Origin: an uncultured delta proteobacterium
GTDB lineage: Bacteria > Desulfobacterota > Desulfobacteria > Desulfobacterales > Desulfatirhabdiaceae
Direction: 5' to 3'
Assembly (NCBI GenBank): GCA_963789395.1
Contig: CAWBKP010000025.1
Span: forward strand, 59,908 to 123,907
Length of the DNA stretch: 64,000 nucleotides
The notes beneath the pieces are model-generated. The model ran no database searches and had not been told where the DNA came from. It saw only the letters and a list, made by a program, of their open reading frames with translations. A program made the translations under genes and the position numbers. Numbering within the stretch: the first letter of the stretch is position 1; every line of letters begins with the position of its first letter. Below are positions 31,541 through 43,088 of the stretch, in pieces.

Positions 31541-33441
31541 ATGATCGAAGCAACTCAAACCGCAACTCCCCCTGAGGTTAAAAAAATTACGAGCCCTGAC
31601 GGTCTGGAACTTTTCCGGCAGGAACTTCAGAGCAAGCATGACCCGAATGCACCGCTGATCCTGGTCTGCTCCGGCACCGGATGCCGGGCGGCCGGCAGCG
31701 CCGCAGTCGTGGATAAATTCAAGCAGGTGCTCTCCGGAACCGGATGGAACGGAAAAGTCGTTCCGCTGGCCAAGCCCACCGGGTGTCATGGGCTGTGTTC
31801 CCGGGGCCCCCTGGTGGTCATCGAGCCGGGGAACCTGTTTTATCAGCGGGTCACGGTGGATGATGTCGAGGACATCGTCAATAAAACGATTATGAACAAT
31901 GAAGTCATAAAAAAACTTCAATACAAGCCGGCAAACTCCAAGGAAGTCATTGCCAAAGCCAGCGACATTCCCTATTATGCCAAGCAGACCCGCCTGGTCT
32001 TAAAGAATATCGGCAAAGTGGATCCCACCGATATCAATGACTCCATCCTCCGCGGCAGTTATTCGGCGCTGGCCAAGGTCCTGACCCGAATGTCGCCGCA
32101 GGATGTGATCAACGAAGTCGCCAATTCCAAGCTCAGGGGCCGCGGCGGGGCCGGATTCCCCACGGGACTCAAGTGGGAATCCTGCGCCAAGCAGGAAGGT
32201 ATCCGTTATGTCATCTGCAACGCGGATGAAGGAGATCCCGGAGCATTCATGGACGGGGCGCTTCTTGAGGGAGATCCCCATAGCGTTCTGGAGGGCATGG
32301 CCATCTGCGCGTATGCCGTCGGGTCCAACCGCGGATACATGTATGTGCGGGCGGAATATCCGCATGGCCGTGAAAACACTGAGAACCGCCATTCCGTCAG
32401 GCAGAGGCCCTCGGCCTTCTGGGTGAAAACATCATGGGAACCGGATTTGATTTCAAGGTGACCATATCGACCGGCGCCGGCGCATTTGTCTGCGGCGAAT
32501 CCTCCGCCCTGATGGCGTCCCTGGAAGGAAAAGTCGGCAGACCCCGGCCAAAATACATCCGATCCGTTGAAAAAGGGTTCCGGGACAGCCCCTCGAATCT
32601 CAACAACGTGGAAACCTACGCCAATATTCCGGACATCATCACCAACGGCGGCGACTGGTATAAGTCTTACGGCACGGAACGATCCTCCGGAACCAAGGTG
32701 TTTGCCCTGACCGGCAATGTCAACAACATCGGCCTGGTTGAAGTTCCCATGGGCATCTCGCTGATGGAAATCGTTTTCGGCATCGGCGGGGGCATTCCCA
32801 ATAAACGGTCATTAAAAGGCGTGCAGACCGGCGGGCCTTCGGGCGGATGCATTCCCATTCCGCATCAGATTCCCGACATCAACGTGGGCTATGGAAAACT
32901 GGCCGAAGTCGGATCCATCATGGGTTCCGGCGGCATGATCGTCATGGATGAAGACACCTGCATGGTCGAGGTGGCCCGGTATTTCGTCAACTTTCTGTTC
33001 GAGGAATCCTGCGGCCAGTGCACACCCTGCCGGGAAGGACTGATCCGGATGCTGGAAATACTGACCCGGATTACCCAGGGAGAGGGCAGGGAAGGCGATG
33101 TCGAGCTGCTGGAGGAAATCGGCAATTTCACCAATAATTTTTCGCTTTGCGGTCTCGGGACATCGGCGGCCAACCCGGTACTGTCCACGATCCGGTATTT
33201 CCGTGAAGAGTATAACGCCCATATCCGGGACAAGAAATGCCCGGCCGGCGTCTGCAAACCCCTGTTCCATTACGATATTGATGCGGAAACCTGCACCGGC
33301 TGCGGGGTCTGCAAGTCGAAATGTCCGGTTAAGGCCATTGCCGGGGAGAAGAAAAAGACACATGTCATTGATCAGTCTCTGTGCATCAAATGTATGGAAT
33401 GCTACAAGAGCTGTAAATTCAGAAGCGTCAAAATCATGTGA
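31541..33441 (+). CDS. nuoF: NuoF/HydB-like flavoprotein with N-terminal [2Fe-2S] and C-terminal 2x[4Fe-4S] domains; frameshifted at 32365-32420
   Basis: GRGGAGFPTG, NADEGDPGAFMD, GAGAFVCGESSAL, NNVET, GGPSGG, ESCGQCTPCREG and CTGCGVC/CIKCMEC motifs. Confidence 0.9.
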
Positions 33442-33483
33442 TTACGTTTTAATTTGTCATCATTTCGTTAAAGGACACCCCCG

Positions 33484-34301
33484 ATGAAAGTCCTCAACAT
33501 TGTATTAAACGGTAAAACAGTTACCGCAAAGATGGGCCAGACCATTCTGGAGCTGGCAAGGGAACACGACGTCTTTATCCCGACGCTTTGCGACAGTCCT
33601 GCGCTTGAGGCCGCAGCCATGTGCCGGCTATGCACCGTGCAGGTCATTGAAGGCAAATGGCCGAAATTCGTGACCGCCTGCAATTTTCCGTTGCGACGGG
33701 ATGCGGAAGTCGTGACCGATTCTCCGGAAGTCCGCCATGGCCGGAAACTGATTATCGAGCTTTTGATGGCCAGATGCCCGACATCCCCGGAACTGCAGCG
33801 GCTGGCAGTTGATTACGGCTGCGACCTGGAGCGGTTCTCGCCCCTGAACGATGATTGCGTGGTCTGCGGTCTCTGCACCCGGGCCTGCGAGGCGGTGACC
33901 GGAAGGACACTGTCCCTGGCCGGCAGAGGCACGGCCATTCACGTGGATACCGCGTTTCAGAAAGCCTCGACGTACTGCATCGGCTGCGGCGCCTGTGTTC
34001 AGATCTGTCCGGTCCAGAAAATCTCCATGGAAGATGTGGACGGAGAGCGCCGGATTATCCTTCACGGGAAAATCGCATCCCGGGTTAAATTGCCCAAGTG
34101 CACATCCTGCGGAAAGTTTTACGGTCCCATTGATCGATCTGCAACAGGTGATGGAGCGCATGGGAGAGCATCTGATTCCGCCGCCGAATGTCATCCGTGT
34201 GTCCGGAATGTTCCAGACGGAATCTGGCGATTAAACTGGGAAAACGATATTTCGAACAATACGGCGCTTTCGAAGAAGAAGGTCAGGCTGATGCTGGATA
34301 A
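33484..34301 (+). CDS. Short NuoG/HydA-N-like Fe-S subunit with no catalytic domain; two frameshifts at 34130-34200
   Basis: IPTLC..CRLC..TAC [2Fe-2S]; CVVCGLCTRAC, CIGCGACVQICP; CTSC..CPEC completed in shifted frame ending at TAA 34299-34301. Confidence 0.8.
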
Positions 34302-35457
34302 ACCCGCTTTTAATCTTAACGGCGATTATTATTCGTCCCGATTCTCAGAGCTTGGCAAGGGAGAAGGCGATACCCTGATTCTGAATCTGGGGCCTCAGCA
34401 TCCTTCCACCCACGGCGTGCTTCGGGTCATCGTGGAACTGGACGGCGAATATGTCCGCAGGGCGGAACCGGTCCTGGGGTACATTCACCGGATGCATGAG
34501 AAAATGGGCGAGGTCAAAACCTACGTTCAGTATCTGCCCAATATGGGACGGGTCGATTACCTGCATGCGCTGGCCTGGAACTGGGCCTATGTGGGTGCGG
34601 TTGAAAAGCTGATGGGGCTTGAGGTTCCCAGCCGTGCCGAATACATTCGGGTCATCACCTGCGAGCTGAACCGGATATCCTCACATCTGCTGTGGTGGGG
34701 CGCCTATGTGCTGGACCTTGGCGGATTTACGCCGATTCTGTACGCCTTCGACGACCGGGAAATCCTGATGGACATCCTTCAGATTCCAACCGGTTCCCGG
34801 CTGACCTATTGCTATTACCGGTTCGGCGGGGTTTCGGCGGATCTGACAGAGACGTTTCTGACCCAGACCCGCAATTTCATCGAGCGTTTTAAAACCCGGA
34901 TTCCCATGTATCACGACCTGGTTACCGGAAACATGATCCTGCGGGGAAGGTGCGAGGACATCGGTGCGCTGCCGGTTGAAATGGCCAGGCGCTACGGGGC
35001 CACCGGGCCGGTGCTTCGGGGATCGGGCGTGGCCTACGATGTCCGCCGCATGGAACCCTACTCGGTTTACGACCAGTTCGAGTTTGATATCCCGGTCGGG
35101 AAAAACGGGGATGCCATGGATCGATACGATGTCCGGATGGCGGAACTGGAACAGAGCGTTCGGATCATCGAACAGGCCCTGAACCGGATTCCGGATGGCC
35201 CGTTTATCAATCCCGATGTTCCGGACCGCATCCTGCCGCCAAAAGGGGAAGTGTATTATGCGGTGGAAGGCGCGCGCGGAAAAATCGGCGTCTATCTGGT
35301 CAGTGACGGGTCGGCCAGGCCATACCGCCTGAAACTGCGGGCGCCGGGGTATTCGAATCTTCATGTGTTTGCGGAACTCGCCCAGGGGACGATTCTGGCG
35401 GATGCGGTTTCCATATTGGGAAGTCTTGACCTTGTGATACCGGAGATTGACAGATGA
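34291..35457 (+). CDS. nuoD: NADH-quinone oxidoreductase subunit D
   Basis: [35 protein letters not shown] and [11 protein letters not shown] motifs; no Ni-binding CxxC. Confidence 0.93.
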   Translation: MLDKPAFNLNGDYYSSRFSELGKGEGDTLILNLGPQHPSTHGVLRVIVELDGEYVRRAEPVLGYIHRMHEKMGEVKTYVQYLPNMGRVDYLHALAWNWAYVGAVEKLMGLEVPSRAEYIRVITCELNRISSHLLWWGAYVLDLGGFTPILYAFDDREILMDILQIPTGSRLTYCYYRFGGVSADLTETFLTQTRNFIERFKTRIPMYHDLVTGNMILRGRCEDIGALPVEMARRYGATGPVLRGSGVAYDVRRMEPYSVYDQFEFDIPVGKNGDAMDRYDVRMAELEQSVRIIEQALNRIPDGPFINPDVPDRILPPKGEVYYAVEGARGKIGVYLVSDGSARPYRLKLRAPGYSNLHVFAELAQGTILADAVSILGSLDLVIPEIDR

Positions 35458-36447
35458 CGCAAATTCTCCAACTCCTGATGCATCCACTGGTGCATTTGCT
35501 GGTTGCGCTGATCGCCATTCTGACCTTTATCGCGCTGAACGGCCTGATACTGGTGTATGTGGAACGGAAAGTGGCCGGATTCATTCAACGAAGACCCGGC
35601 CCGTTTGAAGTGGGTCCCCACGGGCTGTCTGCAGCCGCTTGCAGATGCCCTGAAACTGGTGGGAAAACAGCTTGTCATGCCAAGGGGTGCGGACCGCATC
35701 CTGTTCTGGGCGGCCCCCCTGCTGTCCTTTGCTCCGGTTGCCATCTGCCTGCTTCCCATTCCGTTCGGCCCCCATCTGCTGGGACTGAACGTCAACCTGG
35801 GACTGTTGCTGGTGCTGGCGTTTTCCGGCTTGAATGTTCTGGCCCTGTGTCTGGCCGGCTGGGGCTCCAACAACAAATACGCGCTTACTGGGCGCGGCCC
35901 GTGCCGTGGCCCAGTCCGTTGCCTATGAAATTCCGCTGCTGCTTTCCGTTCTCTGCGTGGCGTTTACCAGCGGGTCCCTGAATTTTGTGGACATCACGGC
36001 AGCGCAGACTAAAACATGGCATGCTGTCCTGGAACGTGTTTTCCCAGCCCTTGGCCTTTCTCATCTTTTTCGTGTCGGCTCTGGCGGAAACCAACCGGGC
36101 GCCTTTTGACCTGCCCGAGGCGGAAAGCGAGCTGACCGCAGGCTTTCATACGGAATATTCCGGAATGGGCTTCGGCCTGTTTTTTCTGGCGGAATATTCC
36201 TACATGATCGTGGTCTGTGCGGTGGCATCCGTACTCTTTCTCGGCGGGTGGAGCGGGCCTTTTTTCTCCGGCCACTGGTGGATGCTCGGCAAAGATCTAC
36301 GCCCTGATCCTTGTCATGATGTGGTTTCGCTGGACATATCCCAGAGTCCGATTCGATCAGCTCCTGAATATCTGCTGGAAGTGGCTGATTCCGCTTTCCC
36401 TGATCAACCTGCTTGGAACTGCTTTGATCATTAACCTTGTGAGGTAG
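35454..36447 (+). CDS. nuoH: NADH-quinone oxidoreductase subunit H, frameshifted
   Basis: [47 protein letters not shown] and [11 protein letters not shown] motifs across frames. Confidence 0.9.
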
Positions 36448-36448
36448 G

Positions 36449-37012
36449 ATGACAACGATTCAAAAAACCCTTAAAGGGCTGTGGAGCCTGATTGTCGGCC
36501 TGAAGGTCACGGGAAAAGAGTTTTGCAGGCCCTGGATTACCGTGCATTATCCGCGGCAGGAAGTCACCAATCTGGATACCTACCGGGGGCATATCGATCT
36601 GGTACCGCATTCGGACAATCCCCGCATGCCGCTTTGCATCGTCTGCAGGCGCTGCGAGGAAGTCTGCCCTTCCGCCTGCATCCGTATTGAAGGGCATATG
36701 CCCGGAGAGGAAACGGGGGATCCGGTCCGTCAGCTTCTGCTGATTTCCAATGTGCCGCTGCCCCATTCCGCGGCCAGGGAACCGGTATGTGCAGCGGACA
36801 AGACACTGCGGGTACTGGACGGGTTCAGCCTCAATTACAATCTGTGCAGCCTGTGCGGTCTGTGTGTTCAGAGCTGTCCGGTATCTTCTTTGACTTTTTC
36901 ACAAGATGTGTATCTGGCCGGCGCCTCCCGCAAGGATTTTGAGTTTGATCTGCTGAAACGGCTCAAAGACCGTGCGCGTTTGGCAAAACTCAAACTCAAG
37001 AAGGCGGCCTGA
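36449..37012 (+). CDS. nuoI: NADH-quinone oxidoreductase subunit I
   Basis: TVHYP..YRG, CIVCRRCEEVCP and CSLCGLCVQSCP motifs. Confidence 0.9.
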   Translation: MTTIQKTLKGLWSLIVGLKVTGKEFCRPWITVHYPRQEVTNLDTYRGHIDLVPHSDNPRMPLCIVCRRCEEVCPSACIRIEGHMPGEETGDPVRQLLLISNVPLPHSAAREPVCAADKTLRVLDGFSLNYNLCSLCGLCVQSCPVSSLTFSQDVYLAGASRKDFEFDLLKRLKDRARLAKLKLKKAA

Positions 37013-37098
37013 TGCCGGGCGGAATGGAATGGTTATTTAAGTTTATATGAAATGCGGACAAGTTGTTAGGCGTTTATCATCATAAGAACAGGGGAACC

Positions 37099-37627
37099 AT
37101 GGATCAGCTTTTAGAATCGCTATTAGGGATTCATCCGGCTTACGGGCTGTATTTAGTCCTCATCATCGGCGGAGGCGTCGGTGGCCGTACTCGCCAGAAG
37201 TCTGGTCCGGGCCCTGTCCGGACTGATCGTTACGCTCTTCGGCGTTGCGGGCATGTATCTGCTCATGGCAGCTCCGTTTATTGCCTTCATGCAGATACTG
37301 ATCTATGTGGGCGCGGTAACGGTGCTGATATTTTTCGCCATCATGCTGACCCGTACATCCGAAGGCGAATCCGGCTCCGAAACGGGCGTAGCGGCCGCGG
37401 CTTTCTCGGCATCTGGGCAGCCTCGTTTTCGACCCTGGTTCTGGCGGCCGTGGTGATTCGCCATATGCCTAAAGCCATTGCCGCTGAAACCTGAAGTCAC
37501 CATGGGCAGGCTGGGTGAGTTTTTGACCGGCCCGTATTCGCTTTCTTTTGAACTGATTTCCGTTGTCCTGTTTGTTGCAATGGCCGGGGCCGTACTTCTG
37601 GGGTTTGAGAGGAGAAAAGCCAAATGA
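37099..37627 (+). CDS. nuoJ: NADH-quinone oxidoreductase subunit J, frameshifted
   Basis: FIAFMQILIYVGAVTVLIFFAIMLT; YSLSFELISVVLFVAMAGA. Confidence 0.85.
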
Positions 37628-37932
37628 ATTTTCTGGTAATGTATCATCTGGCAGCGCTGATACTCTTTGGACTGGGCCTTTATGGCATTACCCGCCGCAA
37701 GAGTCTTGTCGGGATGCTGATATCCGTTGAACTGATGCTGAACGGCGCCGGACTGGCGCTGGTGGCCAGCAGCCGGCTGACGCCGGCCCTGGATGAACTG
37801 GGGCAGCTTGGCACGCTTTTGGTAATGGGGCTGGCCGCAGCAGAAGCCACGCTGGTGCTTGCCATAATCCTGATCGTATCCCGGCGTTTCGGAACCACTG
37901 AAATCGCCGATATTTCAACGTTAAAGGGCTAA
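37624..37932 (+). CDS. nuoK: NADH-quinone oxidoreductase subunit K
   Basis: MLISVELMLNGA and GLAAAEA motifs; C-terminal LKG. Confidence 0.92.
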   Translation: MNFLVMYHLAALILFGLGLYGITRRKSLVGMLISVELMLNGAGLALVASSRLTPALDELGQLGTLLVMGLAAAEATLVLAIILIVSRRFGTTEIADISTLKG

Positions 37933-37935
37933 CGG

Positions 37936-39414
37936 ATGATGACTGAAAGCGTAACTCTTCTTCTGCCGATTATCATTACCGGCTTGTCGCCGCTGTTTAT
38001 CTGGTTGCTGCGTAAAAACATCAATCAGCGGGAAGCCGTCTCTTTTGTTGCCGGCATTCTGACCTTTGCCTCCGTGATGACTTTTGTGCCGCAGGTGTTA
38101 AAGGGCAATATCCTGGTGTATAAGCTTTTTGAGATTCTTCCCGGAATCGAGGTCAAACTCTGCGCGGACGGGCTTGGGATGATTTTCGCCATCGTTGCAT
38201 CCTTTCTCTGGATACTGGCCACATCCTATAATATCGGCTATATGCGGTCCCTTAAGGAACACGCCCAGACCCGGTATTATTTCTGTTTTGCCGTCGCCAT
38301 CTTCGGGGCCGAAGGGGTGGCGCTGAGCGGAAATATCTTTACCCTGTATCTGTTCTATGAAGTCATCACCGTCTTTACCTATCCCCTGGTCGCCCATCAT
38401 CAGGATGAGGAAGGTTTTGCCGGCGCCCGGAAATACCTGGTCTACCTCATGGGAACATCCAAGCTCTTTCTGCTTCCGGCCATGGTGTTGACCTATGTCC
38501 TGTGCGGGACCCTGGATTTCAAGCTCGGCGATATGATGACCGGTATTTTTCCGGCCGATGCCAATCCCGTTCTGGTTCAGATCACGTATTTTCTGTATGT
38601 CGCAGGTCTTGCCAAAGCCGCCATCATGCCGTTTCATAACTGGCTGCCCTCTGCCATGGTTGCGCCCACCCCGGTCTCGGCCCTGCTGCATGCCGTGGCG
38701 GTTGTGAAGGCCGGCGTGTTTTCCGTCAGCCGCATTCTGCTGTCCGGATTCGGGGTCAAACTCATGACGGACCTGCATCTGGGGTTTGTGACCGCTTGTT
38801 TTGCCGCTTTTACCATTGTGGTGGCATCGGTGATTGCGTTGACCAAGGACGATTTGAAAGCCCGGCTGGCTTATTCCACCGTCAGCCAGCTTTCCTATAT
38901 CGTACTGGGGGTGGCCATGCTGACCCCCTCGTCCATTACCGGGGGGCTTGCCCATATCGCCCATCATGCCTTCAGTAAAATCACCCTCTTTTTTGCCGCG
39001 GGCGCGATCTATGTGGCAACTCACAATAAAAGCATCAGTTTGATGTCCGGACTGGGGAGAAAAATGCCGTGGACATTCGGCGCATTCGCCCTGGCCAGTC
39101 TTTCCATGATCGGCGTGCCGCCGGTGTGCGGGTTTGTCAGCAAATGGTATCTGATCAACGGTGCGGTCAGCGCAAATTACACGATTTTTATGGTTGCCCT
39201 TCTGGCCAGCACGATTCTGAACGCCTCGTATTTTACGCCGATCATTTTCAGGGCGTTTTTCATGGCGCCGGCGGCCGGAGTCGACCACTCCCATTTTACG
39301 GAGGCGCCCATGACCATGGTGGTGCCGCTTTTTTTCACCGCCCTGGTTTCGGTGTTTCTGGGAATGTATCCCCAGCTTTTTATCCAGTTTATCCAGACGA
39401 TCAAAGGGTTTTGA
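37936..39414 (+). CDS. Antiporter-like membrane subunit 1 (MrpD/NuoL family)
   Basis: YLFYEV, KAAIMPFHNWLPSAMVAPTPVSALLH, LAYSTVSQLSY and HAFSKITLF motifs. Confidence 0.9.
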   Translation: MMTESVTLLLPIIITGLSPLFIWLLRKNINQREAVSFVAGILTFASVMTFVPQVLKGNILVYKLFEILPGIEVKLCADGLGMIFAIVASFLWILATSYNIGYMRSLKEHAQTRYYFCFAVAIFGAEGVALSGNIFTLYLFYEVITVFTYPLVAHHQDEEGFAGARKYLVYLMGTSKLFLLPAMVLTYVLCGTLDFKLGDMMTGIFPADANPVLVQITYFLYVAGLAKAAIMPFHNWLPSAMVAPTPVSALLHAVAVVKAGVFSVSRILLSGFGVKLMTDLHLGFVTACFAAFTIVVASVIALTKDDLKARLAYSTVSQLSYIVLGVAMLTPSSITGGLAHIAHHAFSKITLFFAAGAIYVATHNKSISLMSGLGRKMPWTFGAFALASLSMIGVPPVCGFVSKWYLINGAVSANYTIFMVALLASTILNASYFTPIIFRAFFMAPAAGVDHSHFTEAPMTMVVPLFFTALVSVFLGMYPQLFIQFIQTIKGF

Positions 39415-39431
39415 GGTAGGAGTCATCAGCC

Positions 39432-39681
39432 ATGTCTTTTTTTAAACAGTTTATGGAAGCGCCTTTCCTGAAAAAGGCGATGTATGCGGTTCTGGCCGTG
39501 ATGGTCGTGCTGAACTTCCTGATTTTACCCGCCGCATCCGCATTTCGGCGCGGAGAAAATTCCCGGTTTCTGGGCCGTTTTCGGCCTGGGCGTCGCTGTG
39601 GCCTTGGCCCGGCTTGCCAAGGGGGCTGCGCACACTTTTCTGGGAAAAGACGTGGACTTTTATGAAAAATATGAGAAATAA
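39432..39681 (+). CDS. Small two-TM membrane protein, frameshifted
   Basis: Reconstructed MSFFKQ..LILP/HPHFGAEKIPGFWAVFGL..DFYEKYEK; RBS aggag. Confidence 0.7.
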
Positions 39682-39708
39682 TTCATCTGCATCCCTTAAG
39701 GAGGCAAA

Positions 39709-41495
39709 GTGACAGCGTTTATTCATCCCTCCATCCTCTTTGTCGGCTGCGCGCTGATTGTCCTGTTCCTGCCGGTTAAAATCGGCAGATGGTTTCCGCC
39801 CATCGCCGCATCCCTGGCTGTCCTGTGCGTGATCTACCATGCCCCATGGGTCTTTCGCCACCTTGAATTATCTGGGGATGACGCTGAGTCTGGGCCGCGT
39901 GGATGCCCTGTCTCTGGTGTTCGCCCATGTATTTGCCATTCAGGCGGTCATCGGATTTATTTTTGCGTTTCATATCAAGGACCGGGCGCAGCATATCGCC
40001 GCCTTGATGTATATTGCCGGTGCATTTGGATCGGTTTTTGCCGCCGACTATCCCACCCTGTTTATTTTCTGGGAACTCATGAGCGTCTCATCGACGTTTC
40101 TGGTCTGGCTGCGGCGGGTTCCGGCCTCCACAAAAGCGGGTTTCCGGTATTTTCTGTTTCACACGCTCGGCGGGCTGATGCTGCTGGCCGGCCTGCTGCT
40201 GCGCTATAAGGCCACCGGTTCCTGGGCATTTGACGCGGTGCCGCCCGATGCCGCGCAATATTTATGATTATCTGATCATGATCGGCTTCTGCGTGAACGC
40301 GGCGGTCATTCCGCTGCACGCCTGGCTGCCGGACGCCTATCCGGAAGCAACCGTCACCGGCGCCGTATTCATGAGCGCATTTACCACAAAAACCGCCGTC
40401 TATGTGCTGCTTCGCGGATTTTCCGGGTTTGAGATTCTGGGTGTCATGGGAACCCTGATGACCATCTACGGGGTTGTCTACGCGACCATCGAAAACGACG
40501 CCCGCCGCATTCTGGCCTATCATATCGTCTCCCAGGTCGGCTACATGGTTGCAGGCGTCGGCATCGGCACCGCCATGACCATTGACGGAGCCTGTGCCCA
40601 TGCCTATGCGCACATTCTCTACAAGGGGCTTCTTTTCATGAGCGCCGGCACCCTTTTGTATGCGACCGGAACCTCCAAACTGACGGAACTCGGGGGCCTT
40701 TTCAAGCGCCTGCCCATGGTCTGCTTCTGGTACATGATCGCCGCGGTCAGCATTTCCGGGGTTCCGCTTTTTTCCGGATTTATCAGCAAGACCATTACCA
40801 TTGCCGGTGCTGCCGAAGCCCATCATACGTGGCTTGCCATCGGCATGGAAATTGCCGCGGTCGGTACCTTTCTATCGGTGGGCATCAAGCTGCCGTATTT
40901 CGCCTTTTTTTCCAAAGAAGATCCGGGAATGGAACTGACGCCGATTCCTCTGAACATGTACATTGCCATGGGCATCGGCGGGTTTCTCTGTTTTTTCATC
41001 GGCATCTATCCCAATTTTCTTTACAGGCTTCTTCCCTATGCCGTCGAATATGTTCCCTACACGCCGTGGCATGTGCTTCAGTCCTCCATGCTGCTGGGTT
41101 TTACGGGTCTCGGGTTTTACATCATGCGCAACAAGCTTAAGCCGGAAGCCAAGATCAATATGGACTTCGACTTTTTTTACCGGATGGTGGGACGTGCGTT
41201 TCTGGCCATTGCCCGGCGTCCGATCGAGGTCATTGACGTCTGGTGGAGCGAATTTTACCGCATCGGCGGCCTGAAGGGCATGTTGCAGATTGCGGCCGGT
41301 TCGGCCTGGTTTGACAAGGCGGCCATCGACGGCGTGGTGGATGGATCGGCCTATACGGTTCAGAAAATCGGCCGGATAGCGGCCATGACCCAGACAGGAC
41401 GCTTGCAGGATTATTTGTCGGCGGCCCTGGTAATTGGACTGACCGTATTTGCCTTGATCTGGTTTCTAGTTAATACTTATTTAATTCATGATTGA
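39709..41495 (+). CDS. Antiporter-like membrane subunit 2 (MrpA/D, NuoL-like with C-terminal lateral helix), frameshifted
   Basis: FIFWELM, PLHAWLPDAYPEA, LAYHIVSQVGYM, HILYKGLLF; NuoL-like tail DKAAIDGVVDG..QTGRLQDY. Confidence 0.88.
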
Positions 41496-41528
41496 TAAGA
41501 CCGTCAGTTTTCGTCGAACGGAGAACGA

Positions 41529-43074
41529 ATGAGTCAGACCACAATGCCAATTCTATCCATTTTGACATATTTTCCCGTTAGCCGCCTGTTTTGTTCTGCC
41601 ATTTATCAGGAATGAGAAAACGGTTCGGGTCTTTTCCTTACTTGTTGGCATCGCAGAGATATTCCTTGCGCTTCCCCTGTTTCGATTCAGCATGACAACT
41701 CCCGGATATCAGTTTGTTGAAAAAATTGCGTGGATGCCCCAGTGGGGACTGACTTATTACATGGGAATGGACGGTATCAGCCTGTTGATGGTGCTTTTGA
41801 CCATTCTGCTTCTGCCGTTATGCGTGCTGTGTTCCTGGTCCTATATCTCCAAGCGGGTCAAGGAATTTCATTTCAGTCTGCTGTTGATGACATCGGCCTG
41901 TATCGGCGTGTTTCTGGCGCTGGATCTGGTGCTCTTTTACATTTTCTGGGAAGCCATGCTGGTGCCGATGTTTCTGCTCATTGCCGTGTGGGGGGGACCG
42001 GAGCGCCGCTATGCATCCGTTAAGTTTTTTCTGTACACCCTGGCCGGAAGCACCCTGCTCCTGGTCGCCATCATCGCCTTTTACAAGGTCGGTGGTACGT
42101 TCTCCATACCGGAGCTGACGGAGCAGACATTTTCTTTCCGGTTCCAGTTCTGGGTGTTTCTGGCAATGGCCCTGGCCTTTGCCATCAAGGTGCCGATGTT
42201 CCCGTTTCACACCTGGCTTCCGGCCGCCCACGTGGAGGCGCCGACCGCCGGCAGCGTGCTGCTGGCCTCCATTCTCTTGAAGATGGGAGCTTACGGTTTT
42301 CTGCGGTTCTGCCTGCCGCTGACACCGGATGCCAGCGTTTATTTTGCGCCCATGATGATCGCCATCTCCGTTGTATCCATTCTTTACGGCGGGTTTGTGG
42401 CTTTGGGCCAGAAGGACATGAAAAAGCTGATCGCCTATTCTTCGGTTGCCCATATGGGGTTTGTGACCCTTGGGAATATTCATGTTTTACCCAGAGAGGA
42501 TTTCAGGGCGCGCTCATGGTCATGCTGAATCACGGCATCACCACAGGCGCCTTGTTTATGCTGGTCGGCGCCATTTACGAACGCAGCCACAGCCGGGAAA
42601 TCGTCAATAACATGGGTCTTGGCAAATATCTGCCGGCGTATATGTTTTTCTTCGGCCTGTTTGCGCTGTCTTCTCTGGGGTTTCCGGGCACCAACAGTTT
42701 CGTTGGGCGAATTGCTGGTTCTGATCGGCGTATTCACGGCCAAACCCTGGGTCGGCGCCGCCATTATTCCCGGCGTCATGCTGGGAGCCGCCTATATGCT
42801 GAGTCTCGGCCAGAAACTGGCCTGGGGAGAGCCCACGCAGGCCAAGGCGTGGAAGGATTTGAATCTGAGGGAATGGAGTTATCTGGTTCCCCTGGCCATT
42901 CTGGTATTTTATATCGGACTTGCGCCGGGCCTTACCTTAAGAGCCATAGATCCTTCGTTGAACCGGGTAATGGATCGCGTTACGCCCAAACCCAAACCGG
43001 CCATTGTTAAAACCGCAACATTGCCAAACACACAGAAAGGCATTTTTGCCGGACTGTTCTCTTCATCACGCTGA
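41529..43074 (+). CDS. nuoM: NADH-quinone oxidoreductase subunit M, frameshifted
   Basis: FYIFWEAMLVPM, KVPMFPFHTWLPAAHVEAP, LKMGAYG and AYSSVAHMG motifs. Confidence 0.9.
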
Positions 43075-43088
43075 GGAAGGAGAACCTT

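Noticed and set aside
33484..35457. Apparent 657-aa NuoG-NuoD fusion
   Set aside because: The linker is non-protein-like. Two frameshifts restore LIDLQQVMERM..CPECSRRNLAIKLGKRYF, ending at TAA 34301 and overlapping a separate nuoD ATG at 34291.
29220..35457. Group 4 [NiFe] or [FeFe] hydrogenase
   Set aside because: NuoD lacks Ni-binding CxxC motifs, NuoB has the complex I CC motif, and the NuoG-like subunit has no H-cluster motifs.
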